64,000 nt of DNA from Ascidiella aspersa. Its lineage: Eukaryota. The stretch covers positions 27,280,001 through 27,344,000 of the forward strand of contig OZ004607.1 of the NCBI GenBank assembly GCA_963924565.1, given 5' to 3'. This document shows, piece by piece, positions 24,646 through 36,200 of the stretch. Made by a program: the position numbers and the translations under genes. Within the stretch, counting starts at the first letter, position 1. Every line of letters begins with the position of its first letter. The notes beneath the pieces were generated by a model, which was not told the origin of the DNA, searched no databases, and was given only the letters and a program-made list of their open reading frames with translations.

Positions 24646-25989
24646 TAGGCTTGCCATTTTTTAGAAACGTAAATCCGGGACGTATATTGAAAACTGAAAT
24701 AAACTTAATGTTGACCAAATATGAAATAATTTAATGCTATTAATTAACTTACCAGGGGTTGCGGTTGTTTTATATTTTGTCAGTTTTATATTTTTTTTCA
24801 GGGCTTTATTTTTAAGGGTGGTTTTTCTAAGTAATTTAAATTGTAACCGAAAGTAATATTCCGTATTGTGAATGAAATGGGTCGGGTAGATACTTTCTAC
24901 AATTAAAGTTGGATGCAGCCCTCGTGAAAGCAGCAACAATATTAGGCCCTTCATGTTGGCAAAGGCGCTGTGTCCTTAACAAATTCGTGTTGCCCTGACC
25001 AAATCATTCTCAAGCATAGGTTAAGCAAAATGTAAGATTCCAACAATGATACTATATAGGTTATATAGTATCATTGATTCCATCAAGCTGGCCTTTTAAT
25101 AACTTTTACATATTATGTTGTACTACGTCATTTGCTTGAACCGCATGTTATTGTCGATGATTTAAAACGGTAATTTACCATGTTACTAAAATGTTACGGA
25201 TAGCGTAATATCCTGGCTTGAGTGCTAAATAGTGTGTAAAGTTTAATTTTCTCTAAATAAAACATTTTAATTTCTCTAATCGCTAATTGCTATACTGTAC
25301 AAGTGTACATGGTGCCTGAAATGGGTTGCTAAGCACGTCAAACATTTTTTACGTAACGAAAACTATTGGCATATATATCAATAGGGAACACTCACTAACG
25401 TAAAACCTTAAGTTGTATAGCAGCCATTGTTCACGTTGCGTGATATTCAGCAAATACGTAATCCTGGTACCATGCTGCGTTCAACGTAAAAAAATCTCGT
25501 TCGAAACTGAAAATTGGTTACTATTAAAACCGCATTAAATGCGAAATTTTTCGAATTTGACCTAAATTTTGTGCGGTAACAGACATCAAGAAGTTTTTAA
25601 ACATAAAGTCGTAAGAAACATTAAAACATATTACTATTGAGGCAATCAGTATGTTATGACTTAAATTTGATTTGCAATGATGAAAACCCGCGACATTTAT
25701 CGCTCCAGAATTATTAACAAACGTTAAACTTGAATTTGTAAAAGCAATTGTTGGGACTTGCGTAATATTCAAGCAAATAATACCGGCACCAAACTGCGTC
25801 ATGCGTGAAAAAAAAAACTTGAAAATAAAAAGAGTTGAGAAATAATTAAATGGCTAAACTCGAGAGTTTTAGGTTTTTTATTTTTTTGTAAATCTCAAAT
25901 TGAAAAATCCGGGACAAATTGGTTAACCGGCCGGGACACCGGGACAAGGCCGTAAAACCGGGACTGTCCCGGCTAAACCGAGACGTATG
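24646..25989. mobile_element. Non-autonomous hAT-Blackjack-like element, right TIR clipped
   Basis: Left end TAGGCTTGCCAT...AAATCCGGGAC. Right end has clustered CCGGGAC repeats ending ...GGGACTGTCCCGGCTAAACCGAGACGTATG and lacks the last ~9 nt of the TIR. Resembles MER94/MER81-type termini. Confidence 0.72.
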
Positions 25990-26847
25990 TAATCGCAGTA
26001 CTTGGTCTTCCTTAAAATAGTGAAGCCTTGCTTTAGCATGGCGCGCTGCGAAAAATTGGACGACGCTGTCGTGGCCAAATAATCGCAACCGCGAGATGCC
26101 GCCAGAGATTCGCGCTTGACAATCGAAGCGTAGGACAAGCCGAGGCCTCTGTAGTTTTTAGCCACTGCCACCATGCTTACCCAAAAGATCTGTTGCGCTT
26201 TAAGATCCTTGAAGATATCTCCTGGTAAAACAAACCGGACTACTTTAAAATCGTTGCCGAATCGGCGTTAAACATATACGCCAACAAACTATATTCGTTC
26301 ATATTTCTTTTCAATTACACTATTTCCAAAACCACTAAAATGCACCATGGATGCAAAACGTGGAATAGTCAATTCTAAGAAGATAACAGAACTTTCAAAC
26401 CTAAATGTTAATTTGTTTAATACCCTGATACATTTTATGATACGTTCGCGTACGGTAAAACATTGTCAGACATTTAAACCACCAACCTTCAATTAAATCG
26501 ACAAAGGTATCCAATGCTTTTTCCTCGGCGGTCATATCGATGATGGGTGGCTCCGCAGGTGTACAACCCGACCTATTTAAAATCGAATTCATTTCCACGT
26601 ACACCAATTCGTCTGTTTCCTTGACAAAACCGCCCAGCGAAACGCCATCGGGAATTTTCGCCTGAATACGAATCCGATCGAATGCCACTGCACGTTCTTT
26701 GCCCACGCCGAATGTTTGCCTCAAAGGGTGCTGGTCGCTGTAATGGTCAGCCATGAACGGCAAAATGCGATCAGAGTCCTGCTCCGTTAGAACCCGAACG
26801 TCCAAATCTGTCAGTACTTTATTTGGGCAGTTCATGGTTTCACACAT
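25923..26847 (-). CDS. GNAT-family N-acetyltransferase (arylalkylamine/dopamine NAT-like), 2 exons, C-terminus transposon-derived; possibly a pseudogene
   Basis: Exon 1 26847-26487 (GAAG|GTTGG) and exon 2 26221-25923 (CAG|GA), phase 1. Contains acetyl-CoA motif A VAVAKNYRGLGLS, then ATTASSNFSQRAMLKQGF...KYCDY, typical of insect-type AANAT-like enzymes. Confidence 0.8.
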
Positions 26848-28600
26848 GTCAACCTTTCATTTGACAAAACGTATCGCGCTACATCTAGGCACTATGTAGA
26901 TTTATGGTAAATGTGAACATCAGCCTTTTATTAGAAAACAGCAACTACAAGTATTTTATTACATAACGCGAAACCTAATAAAGGTCGATTGATTAGCAAG
27001 CCCAGAAGCAAGCAAAAACAATAAATCTTACGCCTTCTACAATCTAAAACATATTTCAGCTTTGGAATAATATAATCTATCACGACGACCTTTAAACCGA
27101 CAACAAGTTTAATCACTGGAAGAACAAAATGCTTTGCTTGTTGGACATTTGTACAGCAAAACTGGTTGCTCTCCTTTACAAGTCAGCGCTTTTAATGTTG
27201 CCTTACATGTAACCTAGTATTGCAGGCCTATTGATTATGCCAACACCAAAGTATCAATTGTAACTCCAATGTTGCAAAGTAAATCAGTAACGGAAAGCAA
27301 ACAAGCAAAACTAATGCCCAACAGGCGTCCGGGCAATTTTAGTTTGTTCAAGGCTAAGCTTTTAAGGAGTTGTAATTTAAAAAGCCCAAAACCTTAATCC
27401 AGTATTTTCCAACGCCCCTTGTAGACGTTAAACAGTTACAAGAGGGCATTCGGAGTCTTTTCTTAGTTTGGGGACGGCAAATGAACATTAGGGGCGTTAT
27501 CGAAATTCCATCATCTTATCAATTATACTATGTAAAACATTCCATAGGCAACACATTTTGTTTACAAATCATATGTTCGGCACCTAATATTCTTATAACA
27601 ACATGTGCTGTTTCTATAGCTTTAATTTTTAAATACCAAATCAGCAATAGACCAAGGGCCTTATTTTCTCCTTAAACATATTTTATTTTAATTGTCAATA
27701 CAGTAGACATAAACAATTGACGACGACGTGGCAAGCTGTACTGCCCAGTGACCCCTATACATACAAAGATGTATGTGCTTATGGTCCTTCTGTACAGCGT
27801 ATTTAATCCTAATTGCTCACTAATCCTGTTACGTTACCGCGAAAATATCGTTTTTGTGAACGCGTAAAGTTGCTTACTGCGACTCATTGATTGGGTGGTT
27901 TATCAACGGCAGTGACGCAGCACACCGGTCACGAAACACAGTTCTATTAATACTAGATAAATCCTATTTTTCTCTTTTTTCCTCGCGAAATTTTCTTTTC
28001 TCCGCGCGAAAGTGCTTACTTCTACGTTGTAACTTTTTAACGTCATATTGTAGCAACAAGAGGGGTATGAGGCAAGAAATCTGTCGAGCCCAAGAGGCGG
28101 TACTATAAAAAGGGCTAAGAGATGCGCTTTAAACTATACCTCCACATTTCACTTTACCATAAAATCCCCGTAGAAATTAAAATAATTTGAAAGGTTGAAC
28201 TATACGTTGAAATAATGCGCGCGGTCTATGACGTGTGAATTGAGGCATCAACCATGTTGAGACTTGTTATATCAAAGCTAGTTTAAATCATTGCTTGTCG
28301 CGCCATAGAACGTTTCCAGTGCGCAGGCAAGTAGCTAAATTATTTCTAAATGCAAAACATACGATTTTTAATAATTTTTACTTTCTCCTTCGGCTTAGCT
28401 CATTCATTTTACAAGTATTAAAAGATAAAGCAACTATAAGACCTATAAACTTCCAATTTTTCCAAAATACGAGGTATTTCAAAAGAAATGCCGATCTAAA
28501 CCAAAAATTAGAGCTTGCGTCGCTCGCCAGGTGAGCAGTCAGTGATAAGAAAGATTATGAAACACTTATATAAACTGTTGCTACCGGGCATAGTAATATA

Positions 28601-28745
28601 AATAAAAAAACAGCTCCTCTGGTAATTTTAATTCTTGACCAAAGGCCCTGAAGGCCCTGACACCCTGACGAAGGCGGCTTGCATAGGTTGCCGAAACTTT
28701 GTTCAGGAATTAAAATTACCAGAGGAGCTGTTTTTTTTTTATTAT
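28601..28745. mobile_element. Inverted-repeat element enclosing a hammerhead-like motif (Penelope-like pLTR relic?)
   Basis: ~40-bp inverted repeats (AAAAAAACAGCTCCTCTGGTAATTTTAATTC(T/C)TGA) flank CTGACGA-A-GGCGGCTT-GCAT-AGGTTGCC-GAAAC at 28665-28697. Confidence 0.5.
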
Positions 28746-28997
28746 GAAACACTTGTCAAGTAACTATTTGTTGTAAATGGTTAAATGTAAAAAGTGTACA
28801 ATCAACAAACATCGATAAACAAACTAACAAAAACAAACTATAGTTTGTTTACCAATTCACTTTCCACAACTTTATATAGCTGTTTTGCTTAATCAATTTA
28901 GGATTATGGGTATTTACCTTAACTATATCATTTTTGATTTGTGTGCGACCGAGAATAGCTTAGAACAGAAGCGCACCGGATGTTGATTTTCATAAAG

Positions 28998-29003
28998 TTT
29001 ATT
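28998..29003 (-). terminator. Putative polyadenylation signal of the ETS gene
   Basis: TTTATT (AATAAA on the minus strand) ~1.2 kb after the stop codon at 30233. Confidence 0.4.
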
Positions 29004-30232
29004 TCCAATACAACGTTTTTTTACTGCGTAAATATACTGAGAGGGGTCGGACAAAAAGGGAAGTAGCATTAAAATACGCATACAAAACTGCATTTAGAAA
29101 ATACACGCATACTGCACTCAGTGATGGAAAGTACGAACGGCGTTCTGCATCGACACACAGTAAACTTTACAGAGAAAAAGTAAACGAAAGGCCTACTACA
29201 ATATAAGACCCAACTTAGAAAAAAAAAATAGTCAAGTCAGCAAGTAAGGGCGAAGTAACGAAACCGCAACTCTGCAAGGGAAGTATCACTCATGTCATGT
29301 CGCAAACTTTCAGCACGTGAAGTGTGCTCAGTTATTTCGAGCGTTTCGGACAGACAACAACAAATTTGCTTCTCTTGTTCATTTCGTGCCGTCGCTCAAA
29401 TTTGAATTTGGTCCAACAAAAATTGCTTGGTATGAAAGTTAAAAAATGGAAAACTCGCGACGGAGCAACAGACGTATGGTATAGTGCTGAGCGTCGACAA
29501 AACAAAAATAAGCACAATTTAAACACAATTGAAGATAGAATCTGCGTTGGCATATCCAGGCGCATTCGTTGCACCCTTAAGTCGTTACGTGTAATAAAAA
29601 TGAAAAAAAAGATGTTACTCAGTGTTTAACGAAGTCATGAAACAGCAGCTCATTTCTCATTGCTGTGCCAATAAGGGACAAAGGCAAAGCCGTGATATTC
29701 TCCCAAACATGCTGGTTTGCGACACGAGCTGACAAAGGTTATGTACCCCTGACTGGGAAGACGATGAGACGTGACCTTCGCGGGTGACCTTGGTATTGTA
29801 AGCGACCACGTGGGTGTAGCGTGTAATCGATTTTACTCGGTGGTTATTGCGATATGTGCGTGAAAGTATTTTTGCAGACATCGCTTTGTGTGTTTTTCGT
29901 AAACTTGGTTCAAATGTGCAACGCAATCTTTCGGTTAAATCGAAAACATTACACCTGGTCAGTGAGTGAAAGTTTGTGTGGGCGACATTGTCTAGACAGG
30001 ATACGGAAAAAACTGTGTTTTGAGTTTGCGAGAGACGGCGCTTTGTCTATGAACATTTCATAAAGTTCCCTTCGGCGAAATAGTTTTTCCGTAGCCTTAT
30101 TTCATGCATTTAGCGACAACAAAATAAACGCACAGCACAGCAAGGCACTGCGGGTGATATTACTCGCGCGAGTCAGGCCTGTCTTACAAAGTTGGCACCC
30201 GAACAAAAAACAAACGTGAAACAAGGGGTCTG

Positions 30233-33200
30233 CTAGTGCGACACCGCCAACTTGATCTGTTTTCCCAGAAGCACGTTGGCGCTGGGCAGCGCTAGAGGGC
30301 ACACCGTTGTCGTTGGTGACGCAATAATCCAAGAAGATACTGGCGACTTTGACGTCGGGCTGACGATTGGTTTTATGTCTTGCGCCGAGGTGACTTGAAG
30401 AATTTCCGAATCATTCTGCGGCAAAACGACACTCGTTTCCTCGTCGACAGTGGCGGCGAGGACGTCGGGGTTGGGAGCGGGCTCGATTTTGAGCGGGACC
30501 AGAAGTGGGGACTTGGTGATCGGAATTGTCAGGCCGGTGGATTCGCAGAGGTCTGTGATAAAAAGCAGCTGCAGTTGAAACGTTTTCCGTTGACAAAAAA
30601 AAACGTTAAAATTTATATTTTTTACGCACTAAAAATTAATCAAACAACAATTTGATTATAGTTGTCACAAGGTAAAAGTATCCAACATAGCGCATGGGGT
30701 TCGTATATTGTTTTCAAAGTTATATTTCAGCAAACGCCCACGCTTTAACAATCTAGTGTTTACGGTTCGACATTTATTCGTCTGGTTACAACATACGCAG
30801 TTAGCAGACAGTGCTGTTTTATACGTTCGCTTATAATTGGGATATTAGACAAAAGGCTTCAAAAAAGCTGTTTAAATGCCGTTTATTCGGCTTGCGAAGC
30901 CCGGTGCCGCCTTCGCAAAGTTTCCAACGCACGAAGAATAAGCGTCCCTTTCTTAATTTCGCAAGGGGCGACCGACACCGGGTCGAGAGGCTTTCTGCTG
31001 ACCGCTGCGAAACGGCGCACAAAGGCTAAAGCGGAAAGCGGCGTCGAGCAGCATCGTTTGCTCAGTGATTGTTGGCCTGCAGATGGGCTTACGGTGAACT
31101 GTTGTGCTGGTGTCGTCTGCTGACTGGTCGCCGCTGGCTCCGCTTGCAAGTTGCACCCCAGTTGTGTCGCTGGAAACGGCCGGTGCTTTCCAGCCGTGCG
31201 CGTTCGGGCCAAACTTGTACACCAGACGGCGTCCGTCCACTCGTTCCAGGATGCCGCGGTTGTAGTAGTACCTGTGCGTTTCCAAAAATGGTCGATGTAA
31301 GTTCACTGCGTCACTAAGTAGATATGCGTAGGGGTGGTGGATTCAACGGAACCCAATACTAAATGCATATGAACGAAAAATACGAACGACACTGAGGCAA
31401 CTTATTTCTACCTTACTCTTTTTGATCAAATTTCCGTGGTTTATTCATTTGGTGTTTCTAATAAGGATTTACGTTAAAAAAATGTTATCATGAAAAAGCT
31501 GTTGCTTACTTGTTCTGTATATAGCGTGTTTTTAAACCTAGTTTTATATTTATGGTATTATATTTATGGATTTAACTGTTTTGGTCCCGATCAAGGGTTT
31601 TGCGGTGTTATATTATTGATAACGTATTGTTTTTACTGCGATTGGTAAGTTATTAATAACCTTTACTCATCGCGACTACACTTAGTTAGCACGTTTACAC
31701 AATGGGCAACATCTAAACAAAGTGAAGGAATAGCACATTAAGTCATAAATCAAGCCCAAAATATACGAGTCGGGTTCCCCAAGTCGGCTGATCCATGGAG
31801 GCTCTAACTATTTTACAATAGGGTATAGCGAATGATGAACGACTTGTATCAAGAAAAAAGAAGCGCTCGGCTATGCAGAGCCAGGATAAACACTATACAC
31901 AGCGGGAATTCGAAGACTGCATAGAGACGGCGACCCCTTTGCTAATGGGCTGCAGCATTGCAACAGCCAAGGCCCGAAAACAAAAACAAAGGCGTCGAGC
32001 GGCCTCGCAACCGAAAACCATCGCTCATAAGTGATATAGACACAATGGATAGCGGGAACTGGCCCTGGATGTTGATCCAATCCCGCTTCCGCCGCTTAGC
32101 AAGCGCGATTTCTTGAGACAAGCTTCTCGTTATATGCGCAGCGTTTTCGGGTCATGGCTTGAACTGAGCAGAGAGTTTCGAGTGCCCGGGTTTCGAACGA
32201 CCGATGCCTTTCGTGCCGTGACTCTTTCGTAAGTTTCTTTTTTAGATTTACAAATCATAGCATTTGTCTTGGTGCGCATTGTATTGCATTTTAACTAAAC
32301 CCATGGGAATTTGCAACATACTGTCTTATCCATTTGTTGTAGCTAATGAATCCATACCCACGTTGTCTTTGTCCTCTATTGGAAACCTTACAAGAATAGA
32401 GAGTATTGTACAAGACTTATTTTTGCTGAATTGTCTGCCTTCTATCGCCACGCTTTTGAATTTTGTGTTATAGAATTCTACGCGGAGGCGCCAACAATTA
32501 GACAAAAGCAAAAGTCAGGACGACGCCAAAACACTAGAAGCTGATTTTGCGTTAAACAAACGCATGCGACGACGGGGTTAAACGCTATATAGTCCAGTCG
32601 TACTCGGGGACTTTAGGCCCAATTACTCACCGCATGGCGCGGCTCAGTTTCTCGTAGGTCATCTTCGGGTTTCGCTTTTTCTCGCCCCACATGGAAGCCA
32701 CCACGTCCGACTGCATGAAGCGGAAAACGCCCTGCTGCCGGTCCTCCCACTTGATGAGGGTGGGGCAGTGCTGCGGATCAAGCAGGATGTTGCGGATGAA
32801 CTCCCACAGGTGCACCGCCTTGCCTGTCGAGCGGACAAAAACAGTAGGTAAGACGGCGCGCTTTTCGACTTTATGTCTTGCTGTTTTGAGAGTTCTCTTG
32901 GAATAATTTAAGCTGTATAGAGATTGGACGGTTTGAGGAAAACACCGCTGCTGGCTTTTCAATCTGCCTGTCAGAGGCCTATATGGTCAACCTGCATAGC
33001 CCCATTCAGTACAAGATAGGCAACGGAGCTTTAAATAAAAAACGCGTATATACTGATGCCCACGCGAAAAGCACGCTTTTGTTATACTGCTATTCGCCAA
33101 CATAGTTAGGTTGCTCATTGGAAGAAAAATCATGTAACACATGGTGTGTACGGTTCATCTCCACCAATAAACCGAAGTTGTTAATGTCAAAAGAGTAGTA

Positions 33201-36200
33201 GGGGACCGTTACGTTATTAACATAACAATAGAACACCAAATTGGTGCGTATAGGAAGTGTAATATAATCGAAAACATACAGCCACTCGAAAGGTAACTTA
33301 TATGTCTAACGAAAACTTAACCGTGAAACATACAGAAGTTCCGCAGCGAGTTTGCAACTTTACGCGGCGTTAATCACACAATATAGTCACAACCTTGTGA
33401 CAGACCAACGATATCACAATAAAAGTGTGTGTCAGCGTATGCAAATAAGCGCAAGGAAAAGCGGTGATTTAGTTTGGACATTGCAATTGCGACTGTGCGT
33501 CTATATGTTTCTGCGCACAGCAGTTGCGCATGACTCATGCGCACGTCATAAATATCCTTCAGTTTAGAAAAGGTGAAGTCGGTTGAAAACGCAGTGCTGC
33601 ACAATTCAAGTATTATTTGGCAAAAAAACAGGCAACAGTGCGAAACGTCTAAATTCTAAACTAAACGCACGATATTGACGTGTGCACAAACATATTTCAA
33701 GTACAGACCATTTTAATGCGTGCGTGGTGTGATGGGTCATCGTGAGAAAAAAAATATTTCTATACGTTTAGTGAGTTGCCTGTCCTATGCCGAAACCGAA
33801 TGGTATCCAAAGTAAGATGATTCTAAATTAATTATACGAGTGATACACATGTTTTAATAATATGTCGCCAGTGATCACATTAACCACATCATTTTACATA
33901 CATTTCGAACGATCAACATACAGCGCTTTCAACTAATCGGAAAGCCGCCTAAAATAAAATATAAAACGTTATGCTAAGCTACAGTTACAATGGTGCAATC
34001 CTCCTTAAATGTCACCGCTATAAAAATAACACTTCGCAAAGATTGAGATCACTCACAACATTTATATCAACAAGAAAGGCGCTATAACACTATGCGCAAC
34101 CGGTAGCGACGTCAACGGAAGTCTTAAAAACGTCAAGAGTGGACTACAAACACGGGCGCAAACCAATTCGACCCCCCAAAAAAACCTTCCGCAAATTTGC
34201 TGTCGATATCACGTACCCGCGAAATAAAAGCGGACGTCAAAGAATGCGTAAATGACAAGTCGGAAATTTAGGCGTTATATATGACGTCAGCAATTTGGCC
34301 CCTTAAACAGGAAAAAGCGCATTAAACTTCCTATGTGTTTTTTTTCTGTCGTTGGTAATACTTATTTTTTGGGAATTGTGACTTTTGATCAAAACTCGCT
34401 TAAAAGTTAACATCTAGGTTAAAGAGGGCATACATATTTAAAAAAAAAATTACTTTTTTTTTCGTATCTTTATTATGTTATAAAACAAGTGTTTCGCTAC
34501 AATAATATTTTAAAATATAGTGACATTACCGGCAGGGTTAAAATATTAAAAATATATGAGCTACAATTAAAATAACAAACAAAAATGAGCTCCAGTTTTC
34601 AGGACCAATGAGTTTATCATATTTTCATATTCTATTATGTTTTTCTTTTTTGATATAGCGCCCTATTTTTTTCATAGGTCAGCAAAACTAACATTTCGTG
34701 TGCAAAACCCGGTGAATTCTGAATTCTCACGAGGTCTGATTTCCCAGAGTGCGCGAAGTGGGTGATGACAATCATATATGTAATTAAAATTAGGAAAATT
34801 GGCATAAATGAACCCCATGCGAAAGGGTGAGTAAACTCACCGCTTAAAAATGGTTTTAAATAAGCGTAAAAAATGCAATCTTTTTGGCAAGGACTTTAAC
34901 CCGTGAGCTTTCGTCGATAGCGTGCCAACTTTTGTAGCTTTAATTATTGACCACCAGTCACTGCACGTTTAGCAGCAGCAGCAGCAGCGCGTAGCTTATG
35001 TATTGTATTGTAAGTAATACAAGTAATGTCAATTATGTAATTTGAATTTAGCATTCCAATTTTATCGTTTTTTCGAACTGAATCTAAACCAGGAGACAGC
35101 TGACTCGATGAACCTTACGGTCTTTCGCTGTCTCCTGGGAACGTCAAATATTTCAAAACATTGTGATTTCGGCGATTCTCGTTTTTTGTTTTTGTTTTTT
35201 GACGTTCCAAATAAAATATTATCCTATCCTAGCAGACATTTTGGCCCGGTGAGGAACGGACACCAAATGTTAAAATTCGCCTAGTTTGGACGAAGATGAA
35301 AACCGCTGACACACAACAGTTGCAGGTCTCTACGCCAGTCCGGTTTCGTTCGACCTATTTTTTGGCAACATTTTGCGCGTATTTTTAGCGCGAACCCAAT
35401 TGGGTTCGGGTGTTGCAACGTACTTGGTCAGCTGATGGTTACGGGGAGCCAGAAATAAAAAAAATGCAACGAGTGTAAAAAAGATGCATAATTTTGTCCT
35501 TTCAATGACTGTCGATCGAATTTATAGAATATTTAATGTGCTTTGTCTTGTTTGTATACACTGACCTAACAAAAGTAAATATTTAGGCGGTGAAGTTGGT
35601 GGAGAGAAATCACGTATGAACTAATTAAGTCAGAGTCAGTTTCTTTTTAAATCCTATATGCTCCTCACGAACTACCTTTTGTATTTCCGCCGCCCAAGTC
35701 ATGCAATTGCTATCCGCTTACGGCAATATATGTGTAACACACCATTTTAAACCATATACCTTTTTCGGCCGTCATCTTGCGCACTTTGCAGCAGAGTTGT
35801 CCCTCGGTCATAAGGTTGCCGGTCACCACGCTCGCCTGCTTACGCTTGGCGTTGTGGCTCGACCTCGGCTTGCGTCGTCGGTAGGGGTTCGACGAGTCGT
35901 CCTGACGCAAGACCGACAGTCGCGGGGCGAACTGGCGGGAATTCGCTTCCAGTTCTGCGGCCGTCGACGCGTCGTCGCAATTAGGCGCCTTGAGCGAAAC
36001 GGCGATCTGCCAGTTGCCGACTGCGTGTCTGTACTTGGGCTTGGAGGGGATCTGCTGCTGCTGCTGCTGCTGCTGTTGCTGTTGTTCTGGCTGAGGTGGA
36101 CAGTCCACCATCAAATGCGCGTTATTTTGCAAGGGGGATTCCGCCCGCTCGCAGGTAACCGACGCAAAGTAATCGTTCTCGCTTTTAATGACCGGAAGTG

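Noticed and set aside
35391-35408. 18-bp perfect palindrome CGAACCCAATTGGGTTCG
   Set aside because: A 9-bp-arm palindrome has a reasonable chance (~0.25) of occurring once in 64 kb, and there is no other support.
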